Source of the DNA: an uncultured Bacteroidales bacterium
GTDB lineage: Bacteria; Bacteroidota; Bacteroidia; Bacteroidales; SZUA-534
NCBI GenBank assembly: GCA_902790595.1
Contig: CADASL010000005.1
Coordinates: 127,672 to 191,671, forward strand
Length of the DNA: 64,000 nt
Reading direction: 5' to 3'
This document shows, in pieces, positions 15,713 through 30,700 of the stretch. Every line of letters begins with the position of its first letter. Position 1 is the stretch's first letter. The position numbers and the translations under genes are program-made. The notes under the pieces were generated by a model. The model saw nothing but the letters and a program-made list of their open reading frames with translations. It did not search any database and was not told the DNA's origin.

Positions 15713-18700
15713 CTATTCCACCACGAACTTGCTAACCGTCTGACCATTGTCGGTGAACACCTTTATGAGGTAAACCGATGGTTGCAGGTTCCAGTCGGTG
15801 GCATCGATTTGGTACGATGTGGATTCGGCAGTGTTGATGGTGCGGTCGATGAGCGACTGACCGCTCATATCGGCAACCACATAGCGGAACTTGCCTCCAC
15901 TGATACCGCTAACCGAGACTTTGATGTTCTCACACTTGCCCGGATTCGGCACAATGCCCATCATCAGCTGCGGCTGATTGGCGTCTTCAACAACCACTGC
16001 CACCCACTCCGAAGCGATGGTGGTGGTTCCGTCAATGTCGGTCTGATGCAGACGATAGTAGTGCGTGCCAACAGGCTGGTTGATGTGCAAGTAGCTGTAA
16101 TCGGCCCCCTCGCCCGCTCCGCCTTGTGCGGCAACCTCGGCAATCATCTCCGTCACGCCATTGAACGTATGCTCGATGGTGAAGTAGGCGTTGTTGTGCT
16201 CCGACGCGGTGCTCCAGTCGAGACGGACATCGTTGTTGGCGACCGCCTCAGCCGTGAACGAGAAAAGCTCGATGGGGAGAGGGTTGATTTCGTAGGCAGC
16301 CTTATTACCATAAGTAATATTTGTTTCGTTGGCTGCCGCCATAGGCTGAATTCCACCTCTTACCATACTGGCTCGCACCGACCTCATCGAGGAGGCTGTT
16401 GCCTTATAAGCAATATTTACCTTATTGCCCGATTTCACAGAACCTGCACCGTGACGTGTTCCTGCACTGGCTCCATTTCCAGCACTTTTCCATTTCCCTT
16501 CATCAAACACAGCAACACACAATTCCGAAGGTTCGATAATGCCACTAATTGAATCGACTCTCCAATAAAGCGTCACATACGGATTGGCACTACCCGAAGC
16601 TGTCTTAAACATTTTCCAATGCTCCATTATGCTGACATTTGTCACTAATGGGTCGAGCGAATTAATAGATGCCGGACGCGAACGCTGATAGTTCGCCACA
16701 AACGATATTGCGTTAGCTCCCCATTCTGAAATGCCAATTTCTCCCAACACGCCATTCTGTCCCAGAGGGAAAATAAAACCTTGAGAACCTTGTTTCTCCA
16801 TTGGGCCGGTTACATACGAATTGAGACTTGCGCGAGAAGAAGTTGCATCCTTTTCCAATGTCAAACGAGCCGACTCTTTCGATTCAACAACACCTTTGGT
16901 CAATTCGAGGCGTTTTGAAATTTTTGTTGTATTCTGCAATTTAATCTGAGGCGTTGTGGACGCGGAGCTGTTGTTAATCTGCAAAGTTGAAAGGCTTCTG
17001 TTCGGAGCAATGCTTATCCTTTGCTCCCCGCTTCCGTTCAATTCAATTGTGCTAGCACCCGCCAAATCGCCATTGGCGGTGACAGAAAAATCTTTGCCAA
17101 CACTTATTCGCCGATTATTAGCACTAAGTACTGTATAATCGCCAACACTGAGCGAGCCAAATACTTTCACATCCGTAACCAATGTCTTTGTGAAAGTATT
17201 CTTCCTGCCGGCACTGCCACCCTCGAACACTATGCTGTAGCAAGAATCCAACTTCACCGACTGGTTGGCTGTACCACTTATACGCACTTCGGAGCCGGGT
17301 TCCGCTTCCACTATGGCCTCATTAGCCTCAACATCTCGCATAAAATAGATTTTGGCGTTTTGCCCGAGAATAAGTTTTCCGGTGCTCGGTATTGTAGCGT
17401 TTCCGTGGACAGTCAATGTCTTGCCGGCCTCAACTTCAAGAATGCCTCCTTCGTCGATTGTCATATCATAGCAATGACCGTTGGCTCTTACCACAGGATG
17501 ATACACCGCTGTACCATGCACTTTGATATTTGTGGTACTGCTTGGCGAGTACTTGCCCTCCCAGTTGGCTTTTGTTGTATATACATCGTTATCCGGATTT
17601 ATTTTCCATTCTATTGTAGGATATGTGAATCCGAAAGTAATCATACCCGGGGCATCGATGCGTGTCGATGTTGTCACGTAGCCTTTCAACGTATCAATTA
17701 CGTGCCCATCGAGATAATGGACGTTACTCAAAGATGTCTCGCCTTGACGTGTCCAGCGATTTGCATTGTACAACACAACCGACGCAACCTCCAAATCCTG
17801 AAGTCCGCTGTAATTTCTGTTCATCCAATAGAGCGACACTTTCGGTGTACCGGAACCCGAAGCACGCTCAAGTTTCCAGTATTCCTTGGTGCTAATTCGG
17901 TTCACATTGGTGGGCAAACTGTCTTGATAATTAGGTTTGACACTGTAGTAACTGGCCCGATAGACCGCAGAGGCCGACAAATCTGAGATTTCGATTGGCG
18001 CATAACGGTCGGAGCCGCCAATTGGGAACAAGAAGTCATTAGAGCCGCCCTTCTCAACAATTCCGTTAATGTAGGCCGTCTCGCCTCCACCGCTTAATGT
18101 CGCTGAATTGCCCAAATGAATCGGCTGCGACATACTGCCTTGCAAGATTCCCCGTTCGAGCGTCAACACGCCGTTAATGGTAAGCGGATAATTGGTGGTG
18201 AATGCCGGAGCCGCCGAGCTGTTGTTGAACATAACATTGGTGAATTGCTCCTCTTTGCCGATGGTTTGCCTGGTTGTTCCGCAGAAATACACAGTGCCGG
18301 TGCCACCGTTAAAATTATTTCTGTAATTGCCACCGCCCGGCATTTTCCAATCGCCATAGCAACGGATATCGGCTGTATCCGCACTTACTGTTGTGCCTAT
18401 GGTTATCGCCTTTCTTACCTTGATGTCAACATTGATGCTTTTTGTACCCGAACCAGTCAGTTCCAGATTATAGAATTCGAGTTCATCGGGCGAAGTTATT
18501 GTCTGGTTGCCCGAGCCGTTCAGCTTCACGGTACCGTCACCGTGGGCGAATGTGGCACCGCTTTCCTTAATAAAGTTTCCACGGACAACAAGTGTTCCCT
18601 GCTTGCAATCGACGGTTCCGCCGCCTATTGTAAAGTTGTTCTCAACCACAAGAGATTCGCCCCTCTTCATCGAGAATGTTATGGTTGAGCCAGGCTTGTT

Positions 18701-21700
18701 CGAAACCGTGAAATTGTATAACGTATCGCCATTCATTGCAATATCGTAGCTTGAAGCAGATGTCCACTCAACTGTTGACGAGCCTCCGTGGACAAATTTT
18801 CCGGCATTCGACAACTGACCGCCAATTTTGATAGTGCTCAGATTGGTTCCGTCGGATGCTATGAGCTTGCCACCATCGGCAATCGACAATGCGTTACCTA
18901 CATTCAGGTTCTTGCCGCCACCAATAGTCAGCGTCGCTCCGCCGAATATTGTTATGCCTTTTGCCTCCCCGTTATCCCCAGAGTTAAGAACCGGATACAA
19001 GCCTGAACCACCAGCACCGCTAACATTGGGGATGAATACCAATGTTGCGTTGGATGGGACACCAGAGCCTCCGGCCATATCGTCCCAGTTACCCGTATTA
19101 TCCCAACGGGTTCCGTTGGCGTCAATTCCTGCAATTACATTTCCGCCCTTCCAATACAATGTTGGCGATGTATATGACCAGGTGATGCCTCCCGACACTG
19201 CACCCGACTTGCCGGCCACAACATCATCATCTTCAAAATAGTAGCTTGCCACAACTCCAACAGCGTCTTCAAATTGGATTACACCCTGTGCTGATGCTCC
19301 CCTGCGCTTGGCATTGTATCGAGCCCCAGTGTTGAACGACACCCTAGAAATAGTAACAGTGTCATCGGCATTCTCCAAATTATTTTCGAGCCAGAGGTAA
19401 CGTCCGCCAGCAGCACCGCCAACAAACTGGCCGTCCGACATATTGTTTGGCGCGGCGTCGATGTGCGAACCTGCCATCAGGTGCACTCCGTCGGCATTCA
19501 CACGTTCAATCTTGTAATGTTTGGCCGAAATTGTGCCTCCATCGTTGATGTTAAATGCGTATGTGCCCGAGATGTTTTGAGAGGTGACAAGCACTTCATT
19601 GTTCTCGGCTCCAATCATCGATATTTTACCGCCATCGTTAACCGCAATTGTTGCGTTGTTGCCAATTTTGAGCCGCGCATTACTCTGCAAATCGAGCGTT
19701 CCTGAAATATTCAGATAATCAACACCCGACCCGTCACCAGCATTGATGAAGTTGGCGCCAACACGGAGCGTGCCGTCGTTTACATCAAGATTATGGTTGA
19801 CATACAATCCGTTAGTCAACAAAGTGTAAATGCCACTACCATCGATGCTGACATTGTAATACGAGTTGCTGCCGGGTTTGAATGTGTGAGTGCCTGTTCC
19901 TTTCAGACTTAATGTACCCGATTGAGCCAAAAATTTGCCCTTGTTCTCAAAACTGCCGCCAACAGTGAGTTTGTGGTTCGTTGTGGTAACATCAAATATT
20001 CCCTGTTCGATTGTGAAATCTCCGTCAACCGTCAGTGGGGCTTGAATCTGCACCGTACCGTTATTATTGATTACCAGATTCTTAAGATTATAAGTGCGGT
20101 TGTTTATGGTCTTCACACCCACACCTTTTATCTCCACCGTTCCTTGAGTTGCTGTTACACTACCGGTATTTGCCACGTTCCAGTTTCCATAAACCGATAC
20201 TGTCTCATATTCGTGTGTGAATGACAGATTTCCTTTTATATCCATATCAGACATAATAACCAATGAATGGCCCAAATCTTCAGTTTCGCTTGGTATGTTT
20301 ATGGTTAACGACGCGTTCCTTTCGATTGTGAGCTTCTTAGCCTTGGCCGAATCATGTGTTATTACCGGGAATTTTACGTTTATCAACCCACCAGCCAACG
20401 ATGCCGGTATTACAACATTGTTCGATTCGGTTGGAATGTTGTGCGGGACTACACTACCGTTCAGTTTGGCAGTCCAGTTGTTCGGGTCAAACCAGTCTTG
20501 AGTGTTGGCACCCGCTGTCCAAACATACTCCACATCGCCAAGCCAGTTGATTAAGCCATAGGGGTCGTTCTCATACAATGCGCCAGCCATCATACCTGTT
20601 GAGTTGTAAACATCGATTTGTCCCGATGAGTTTTCGGTCTTCTTTATGTTGACTGCGCCGCCGCCGGGATTGTTGGGGAACGAGATATTCGAAATCTGCT
20701 TTCCAGTTCCTGTTCCGTGAAAGCTTTGGCTATTCCTGAAATCGAGGCAAACGCCAGCCGAAACAACATTGCTGAAAATGCCGTTGCTGAAATTATCGTC
20801 TTGGTCGACAATTGCCCCGTTAAAGATTATCAGACCCTGTTTGGCCAAATACGAGAAATTATAGTATTGCGCGGCAATTGTGGCACCGCTTTCAACATTG
20901 AAATAGTAACGGCCCGTGTTGTTGGTCACCTGCGCATAATGCGTCGCATCGCCAACAACCTCGAATCTGCCGCCCGCTTTGACAACAAGTGTGGAAACAT
21001 CGCCTATGCGCAGCACTCCCGACGGAGTGACCTCGTATTGCCCGTAGATGATGATATTGTCTGTTGAATTTCCCAACGTGGCCGTGAAGCCTTTCTGTTT
21101 GAAAATACCTCTCTGCAAAGTGAAGTTACCATATTCAGTGAAATTATCGCTCAATTGGAATACACAATCATCCGTTCCACCATTGATAATCACATCGTTA
21201 AGAATCGAACCATTGGTTTGGATGTTGCAGGTGCCCGACTCACGGTTAAACTCGTAGCATCCCGATTGCGCCACAATACCGTCGCTGCTCACCTGCATAT
21301 CGCCGCCAATAAACACCTTGAAACCATTAGGACAGCTCATTTTTCCGCTTGTGACAGTAAGCGTGTTCCGGATTTCGAGGTTGGCGCCCGACGGAGAGAA
21401 CGTCTGCCCCTCCTCCTTCTGCACTGCAATGTCATAGAACGGGTTCTCAACCGACACTCCCAAATATGCATATTGGGTACCACTGGTGCCGTTGAAAATC
21501 ACACGCCCGGTTCCTGGCACAAATGTGCCCGAATATTGGTTATACCAATGCTGCCCGACAAATATGCTGTGGTTGTTGGCGCACAATGTTCCACCATTGT
21601 CATAGAAATAAATATCCTTCAATATGTCAACATCGCCTTCAAGCCCTTTTTCTGTATCACTATTTAAGTATAGATATCCGTAATTAGCTTTGCGGATGGT

Positions 21701-24700
21701 TTGGTTCATCGGGCCACTGTAATACGATTTGCTTGTTCCGGTCACAGTGTAGTTGCCAAACTTCGGATAGTTGTTGGCTCCGCGCGCATAAATGTTTGAA
21801 CTTGTCCCCATAGCAAATGTACCACTAGTTCCCGCGTCAGGACCGGTTATGTTATTTACCAACATATCGAGTGTGCACGAATATATCGTCAAGTCGCCCG
21901 TGAGCGTAACATCACCATTAATATATTTTGTGCTATTGGTCATCTGCAGATTGTGGAATTTGCCACCATATATATATTGTCCGTGATTGCCGCTAAACAT
22001 CACGGTTCCGTCGCCGGAATGTCCGCCGAGTCCGTCCCAGTAATAACCAGTAAACGTATGAGTCAAACCGCCGTCGTTGAACGTCGCCCCAGCATCAATG
22101 AGCACGTTGCCTGCTATAGTTAAAGCTCCCGACTCAACGGCCAACTCGGCTGTACCCTCAACAATTATAGTCCGGTTGGTTCTTGTGGAATTATTGTATG
22201 TTGCAGAGAACGAATTTTTGAGTGTCTTTGTGCCTGAGTTCGAGAAACGCACACGACTGAATTTTCCGTTAGTGATAACCTGGTTGGTTCCGGCAAAATT
22301 CACAAAGCCCACAACTCTCTGTTTGAAATTTCCGCTTCCGGCTATCTTATAATCACCATAAATGTTATAAACATAACTTTCCGCCGAGGGTTCAACCAAA
22401 CCTTTATTGATTGTGAAATCACCTTTCACATTTATCGGCGACCCCGCTAACATATAGGTTGCTTCTCCGTTGAACTCGATATTGTTGAAGTCCGATTTGC
22501 GCGGATTTATCGAGACACTGCCACCCGGAGCGAGGAAACGCACCGTGCCGTTTTGTGGCACGAAATAGCCTTTGGTGGCAATGCTCCAATCGCCATAAAC
22601 ATCAATTATAGCGTCATCATCAACCGACAGCACGCCTCCATCCTGAACATCAACCGACCCGTGCACAGTGAGTGGCGTTGAAACCACTTCATCTATAGTC
22701 AGCGAACCGTTGGCAATAGTCAGATTCTTACATTCCGCATTGTTTCGATAAATAATTGGCGAATTGGCCGTTAATGGTATCATAACCGACAGTTCTGAGT
22801 TCGGCACTCGGTTTGGTGACCAGTTCCGGGGGTTAAACCAATCGGAGTTGACCGCTCCGGTCCATACTATCTGGGTAATCGGCGGCCATTTTATCTTATG
22901 CGTGATTGGTGTTGTGTGATTGACGTCAGAATTTTTGAAACAGTATCGTTCGAAAGTCTGATAGCCCATATTGCCTGTGATGTTGCCGCCGAGTTTTATA
23001 GTGTCGGCCAACGTTGTGTCGCGCTGAATATTGAAATGCGTACCAATCTTAGGTGTACCGCCATGAATAAACGACAGGTTACGGATTGTATCAGCCACAC
23101 TTTCGGCATTGATTGTTAAATAGACAAATGTATTTACCACAGTCACTTTATCGATAAGCGATGTGAAACTGTTGTCAGTAAACATATTCGACCAGTTGCC
23201 GTTCGACAAGTTGTTGGTTTCGTGAATGTTTGCGCCTCTTTCGATTACAAAACCTGTTGACGCCAAATACTGCACCTGATAGTAATTGGCGGCAATTGTG
23301 GCACCCGGCTTTATATCCACTTCTGTGCCAATACGTTCATGTCCCGAAACTCGACCAATAACGGCGTTTGATGTTGAAGTACCAATCATCGACAGTTTGC
23401 CTTCCACATTCAATTTTGTGTTACCGTCGTTGTGGTCGAACAGCAATGAAGAACCGGCATCAACATACAAATGACCGCCAGGCAGAACGTTGATGTACTC
23501 ACCGGGCGGGCGGAACGGATAAACCGTCGGATTGGGGTCGTCATTACCTACAATCATATCGTTACCGTTCAGTTTTACTGTCGCGTTCTCTCCGATTATC
23601 ATACCGTCTTTCAGCAACATACGGTCTTGCAGACTATAAGTGCTTTCCGACTTGTCGGTTTTATTGAAAACAACAACATTGAACCACGATTCATTCGAGA
23701 GTATCGTTTTGCCATTATCGGCACCGGGTCCTGGCGATTCAAAATATACCGTGTCGGTCTGACTTGTGAATGTTCCCTGGTTATTCCAACTGCCAGAAAC
23801 ATAAACTGTCTTAGCCTCTCCCGCATTAGAACCAACTGAAAATGTTGTGCCGGAGTCGATTGTTACATTTTTCGCACGCAAATCCCCTTTTAGTGTTTTT
23901 GTTCCCGAAGTAGAAATTTGAATGTCCTTACACTGCATTTCTGGCAGACTCTGGTTTCCTCCACGATTGAATACAAAATTCGAGTTTTCCGTAATCCACA
24001 CGCTTGTGGCAGTTTTGTCAATCTGGGTGGAAGCAATCTTATGAGTGAAAGCACCCATATCGAGTTTGGAATTGGTGCCAAGCGTAAACAATCCGTTGTA
24101 CACATTAATGCCATTACCATTAACAATGACAGTATCAGCGTTGTCCACAGCAAAACCATAGAATTGGTTATCGCTGCCCATATAAATGTTATGAGTAGTG
24201 TCGCCAGTAAATGTGAACAAATTTCCATAGTGATAGAATTTGCCCAAATTGGTAATATTCAATCCGCTGAACATAACCGGGTCGTTACAGCTGAAAGTGG
24301 AGTTCTCCCTGATGTTTATGTCACCTGTTATATATACGTTGGTCTCATTTATCTCTTTCGTTCCGGTTCCCGATATTTCCAAATCATTTATATACAATTT
24401 GGTAAAGCTGCCTCCGGCCGTCACACTTTGGTCGCGTTCGGCTTCAAGATAGAGTTTTGCTGTCGGTAAATAATTTCTCAAATCGTTGGAAGCTCCTTTC
24501 AAATGCAAGTTGAACCCGTTGTCAATCAGTTTTATATTATTCTGATTGACAGTAAAATTGTCACGCACGTATGTATTACCGGTAAGCACAACACTCCGCA
24601 CTGCGGTGTTGTTCAGAACCACGCGCCCGTATTCGACACCTGCAAAAAGCTTCTGATTGGTGGCGCCCTCAAGATAAGTCACCGATGACTCATCAAGTGT

Positions 24701-27700
24701 ATAAGTCGCAAAACCTGTTGGGAAAGCTACTCCCAAACTTGAATCTACCTCTGTATGAAGCTGGCAACTTGCCCCCATTGTGAACGATTTGCCAGCAGAA
24801 ACGGTGTCCGGACAATTTATGGTATACCCGCGCATATAAAGCTGCGTCTCACTCAGGAAATCCATATTACCGGTTACCGTCCAATGATTATTGGCACCCA
24901 GATACCCCGTGCCGCGTTTGTAAACATTACAAAAATCAGTAATGTCGGCATCAACATTCCAAGAACCACCAACGTGGATAACCGTACCGTTGGCTCCCCA
25001 TTTGATTTGCTTGCCTTTAGTGGCCATTCCAATTCCACCCGTGAGTGTGATTGTGTGATTATTCACATCAAGAATCGCAAGCGAGTCGTTTATTGTTATT
25101 GAGCCGGTTACAGTTATGTCGCCCTGCAATGTCTTGGTACTGACTTTTTTGCTATTGGGCTTGTATTCGTTGTAGAAATACAATCCGCTGTATGTGGTAG
25201 GGAATACTTTCTGGTCGGCAGAGTCGCGATAATAGACCGTACCTCCGCTCAAATCAATGCTGGCCATATTCTTGGCGAAATTGTCCACACCATATATGTA
25301 GTATCCACCGCCATTCATTTGCAGCGTGCCGACATTTTCACCATCAATTCCACCATCACATGTCACCACGATATTAGTTCCTGCGACAACTTCTATACTG
25401 CCTTTTATGTAAGCAATATCATAAAAATATTTCGAGCCAGAGCCTTGAATCGAAACGTTGTTAAATCTTGTTGGCCCATATCCCGCAGTTGTACTACCTA
25501 TTGCCGCCGCAGTTCCGTTGAAAACAACTGAGCCACCGCCCGTCTGGTCAAATATGCCAGGATTGGCTGACTTGTTCAGCCAGTTGGTTGTTGTTGTTCC
25601 TGTCATATATATATTGTGCGCGCCAGCATTCACAGTCGCAGAATTTTCCTCTATCTGGAATGTGTTAAATACCGACATATTATCCACAATGTTTTTTTGC
25701 GAAGCGTGTTGGAAATAAACACCCCAGAATCGACCACCGTGTATTTTCTGGATTTTTGAGTTGTCATTACCACAGAAATAAACCTTCGACTCCCGAATGT
25801 CGAACACTCCATTGCGCGGAATCCAGTCGCCACCCACTTTTATCGTCGCGTTATTGCCTATGAGTATTCCGCCGTTAAGAACAACACTGTCCTTGACATT
25901 TATTGTTCCCAACATCGACAAACTACCAGGGCCACGGATAATCATCGTGCCTATGGTGTCGTTATCGGGGAATGTCAATTGATGAGTACCAACCGCCGAA
26001 GCGAAAACAACAGGTTGGCCATTCGGTCTATATTTACCTGCGCTTGTCCAAGCGCCACGGAGTATTAATGAATCCCGTTCCGCAACCTGCTCAAGTGTTG
26101 AATTTTGCAGCATATTCAATTTGCCGTTCATAATCAAACCGTAGGCTGATTTCCCATCAACACCCGCTATCCTTAACGTTACCTTTTCATCAATGGTCAG
26201 ATTCTTAACAAAAGCCTGAGTATCAACTGTTACGGTATAAGGTGCGGTTGCCGCGGCGCCAGTTAATTGTGAATGGTCGAGAATGACAACGTCGTTCGCG
26301 CCCGGCACACTTTCCTTGTCCCAGTTGTGTTTGCTATTCCATCGTCCGTCACCCGCATTGCCAGTCCAATAATATCCGTCTATTGTTTGCCATTTAATGA
26401 ATTCTTCGGAATTCTTATTATTCTGATACTGTTTCCCGTAAAATGTGCCATCATAATTTGTAAATGTGATTCTTCCTGTTCCCGAAGTCCGTTCAACATT
26501 ATATGTCGGATATTTTTTGCCGCTCGCAATTCGTGCATTAAACACAATTGTGTCAACCGTAAGGCCTGTGCCTAAATCGATGCCTGAAAGTGTAAGCAAA
26601 GCGTTTCCTGTACCACCCGAGAATGAACCATTCTGCAAATGATTTTCGGCATCAATCGTTCCGCCCCTGATTTCTAGACCGTTGCCTTTCGTGCCCTCAA
26701 TGCTGTAATGGTTGGCTGCAATCTTTCCCCCAAACTGTATCAATTCATAATACCATCCGACCGAAGCCGGTTGAATTTTAGCCGGCGAATCTTTATGGCC
26801 CAACAAATTCAGCGTTCCGTAGTTATGAATATACTTATTTTTATACATCGCCAACACAGCGGCTGAATCGATGGTCAACGTACCATTCGTGTTTATAATC
26901 ACTTTTCCTTGGTCACTATTCATCCTGATTATGTGGTGATTAAGGCATAACTCGCCATTCCGGATATGCAGAAGACTATCCACCGCCGAACCATCCATAA
27001 CGAAATCGTTCATAAGGTCGTATTTTCCACCTCCGCACACTTCTATCTGGCGCACAGTGGATGATGTTCCCGGGTCGAATAAGCAAGAACGCTCAGTACC
27101 GCCTAAATACAGTTTCGCATATTGGCTGTAATGAGAGTTCATCGAGAATGTTCCTCCAAGGTTTCGCAAGTTGCCACCAACAAACATATTATTCCAATAG
27201 GTATAGAAAATACCATTATTGATGGTTAAATCCTTCTTGATATAAATGTCATTTTGTTCTGATTTTATATCGTTCGCGGTTTTATAAATCGGATACAATC
27301 CTGTATAATTCGTTGGCTCCGACAAATTTACAACCACATTATAGAATGCCTTTCCCTGACGGCCCACACCATTAGCATTCAGTGAATCACCGGTATATTC
27401 CCAACTGTTGTTGCCGACAAATGTCACAGTACCCTCACGCGGTTCGAAATAACCGGTCTTCGTATGGTCAGGACTCCAGATATTGTTGTACCAATAGCTG
27501 TTGAGCGTGATATTGTAAGATGTGGCGCCATCGTCGTTACTAACATCGAGTCTGGCTAATGAGTCGATTTTCAACCAACCGGCAACGTTTATGTTACCGC
27601 CAAGCGATTTGGTACCTGTACCACTGAATGTCACATTATTGAATGTCGAACCGCTGATTTCCTGATTCGCACCATCAAAAACAATATCCGATGAATGGTT

Positions 27701-30700
27701 GAACGTTCCTGAGTTCCGCCAGTTACCCGACACATATAATTTGTAACCGCTTGTCACAATAGCATCATCATCAATAATAACATCGCCGTCAATATCGAAC
27801 GCGTTATCGTATGGCCGCTTAACCGCACTACCCGTAAACCGCATTTTCGGATAAATAATGCTTAGATTATAATTGCGGATAAGCTGCTCTGTTGTACTAC
27901 TATTGAAATGCAGCATTGCATCGCCCGTATGCAACAGATTGCAAGTCTGATACATATACAGGTCGCCACCTATTGTTATTGTGTGGTCTTCAATATCAAT
28001 ATGACCTTTTTTGTTGGCTGTCATAAGATTGCCGCCAACCTTAACATCGGTAAGGAAACGGCAAGTGTCGTTCTCGTTCTTCTCAATGTAAATGTTATTG
28101 AACTGGTTATTGTTGACATTGTAAACCGCAATAGTCTGGGTGTTGCCAGTTCCACGCAAATAGAGGCTTCCCGCAAGCTGGTGGAATACACCTCCGCCTG
28201 CATCAATGTTAACAAAATTACCATTAAGATATATTGTGCGATTATCGGCATTCACCTCGCATCCTGCGTGCAACGTCAAGTTTCCGTTAATTGTCATTGT
28301 GCTTTTCAGAGTCTTGACATCGCCACCTTGCATCTCGACATTCGGGAGCGTTGTTTGTACAATTTCCTGAGGCCCGCTTCCATTAAAGAGAACTGTGGCT
28401 CCCGGATTGATATTCACTTTGGCATCTTCGAGCTGCCAGTTGCCCTCTATTTCAATTTGCGCATTCGCATTGTCCACAGTAAACACCGGAGTGTAGCCGT
28501 TATCTTCAATCCATCCCTGGATAACAATGTGAGGATTGTTCGGGTCTAGTCGTTTAACAGTATTGCCATACAAGTAAATATTGCCGTAAGTAACACCCGG
28601 AATCTTTTGTTCAACATCTGTGGCATCGAACTGAACAACACTGTTAGCATTCATATTAACACTGCCGAAAGTGTCCATCATATCCTCAAAATTGTTGGCA
28701 CCGCTCGTTTTTATCCGGCAGTTGTTTCCCAACGAGAATGCGGAGTTCGGTCCTCCCGAAATATTATAGTTGTCAATGTCCAGAGCCAAGCATAGCACCT
28801 CATTGTCACTATTGTTTGACAACGACAATGTTCCATTGACTGTAATGTCGCCTGTTATATATTTTGTTTGGGCGTATTCTGGATCATTGCTTACAAATTG
28901 CAGATTGTTAAACGTATAGGCACCCGCGCCCCGTTTGTAAATGTATTGTGAGCGATTGCCAGAGCATTGCATTATAAGGGTTCCTGTTGATGTAATGTTG
29001 GTCTCGCCGTTCATATTAGGGTCGTCAACAATACAGTTTTTAAGGATATGAGTATGGTTATCCATTTTGACATTCACCTCACCGTTTGTTGCCGGGTATA
29101 CCTCCAAATTGTTCAAAATTGTGGTATTACCCATAAATGTTTTGGTTTTGTACTTAAGATACAGTCCTCCATAAGTTGTGGGGTATATATCCTGGTCAAA
29201 TTCCGAGTCATATACAGCTTTACTTGTCTCACCAAAAACCACATTAATATCCTGCGGGAAATTGTTTTTGCCTCGCATATATAGGTTTGTTCCGTTATTA
29301 ACTGTCAATGTGTGATTGTCATCACCTTTTAAGACTGCCTGATACCAAGTTGTATCACTTCCTTCTACTGTGTAAGAGCCAACCAATACTATATATCCGC
29401 TTTCAATTTCTACATCATTCGACACGTTCAGTGTACCACCACTTCTGATATACACACTACCCGCGACCGTTATTTTACCCGAACCGAGTGAATAATCACC
29501 CAATACGCTTCCGCTCTTATCTGGGTCTGCATTATATTTCCTAAATGTACCACCTGTCAGCCGCATCGGACTTTGCAAATCAATTCCTCCTTCTGCTAAA
29601 CACCCTGAAAAAGAGTGACTGTATGTTGCCGCATCGTCAACAATTCTGGCTTTTCCCCAAGCACGCAACTCCGCAGTAGAATAAATGTTACCATGGAATG
29701 TTTTTGTACCAATTACACCGGATTTACTTCGGCACGATATACCAGCAAAAACCGCATCACCATTTATTGTTATCGTTTGGTCGCCATCAGCCGCACCCAT
29801 CTCATGACCTCGGAAAAAACAAGTAAAACTTGTATTGGTATCATATGTACTGCCTGTATCAACCAGAAAATCGCCACAAAAATGAAGTTCAGTGGAACTG
29901 CTTACTGTCGAGTTACCTGTGATATGAAATTCGTTTCCAACAAATATCTTACTCGAAACAACAATAAAACTTCCGTTGGTTACCGTCAGTTTATTAAACC
30001 AGTTATTATCGCCGACTCCGGAAATTGTCTGCACCTTGCCTCCGTCAAACACAACAGTACCATTCGTGTAGGCAAAATCCTCGGCATTCGGAGCATTCTT
30101 GGTAAAGTTGCCCGCAATATGCATCTCGCGGCTGTTAATATTGAATTTTCCGCCGCTGCCAAGAGTAAATGAACCGTTAATATCCAAATCGACATTTGTT
30201 TTCACCGTTCCTGACGCCACCTCAAAGTTGTTGAAAACAGTAGTGCCAGCACCCGAAATTGTCTGTGTTCCGTCAAACACAACGTTAACCACTTGTATCG
30301 ATGATGTTTTGCGGAAATGAATGGTACCGTTATTTGCAAAACCTCCGGTAATCTTTAGCACGTGTGTTCCTTCTAAAGCCGCAACATCCACCTCTGCTCC
30401 TGCCTGCACTTCAAAACCGTTTTCAACAATAACGGTCTTGTCTTTTCCCGCTTCAGAGCCAAAAATCAGTTTTCCGCCCCCCGAAACTTTCAAATTCTCA
30501 ACTGTGACCGATGTGTCTATAGTCACCGTATGCCCATCCGCTATCACAAACGAATTGTCTCCACTTGTAAAATCACCAACTGAAGGAGTTGGTGTCCACG
30601 TGGATGTTGCCGACCAATTACCGGTAACGACATTCGACGTAAACGTTTTTCCCTGCCCCACTGCCGAAACAGTTGAAACCAACATCACGAACAATCCCAA

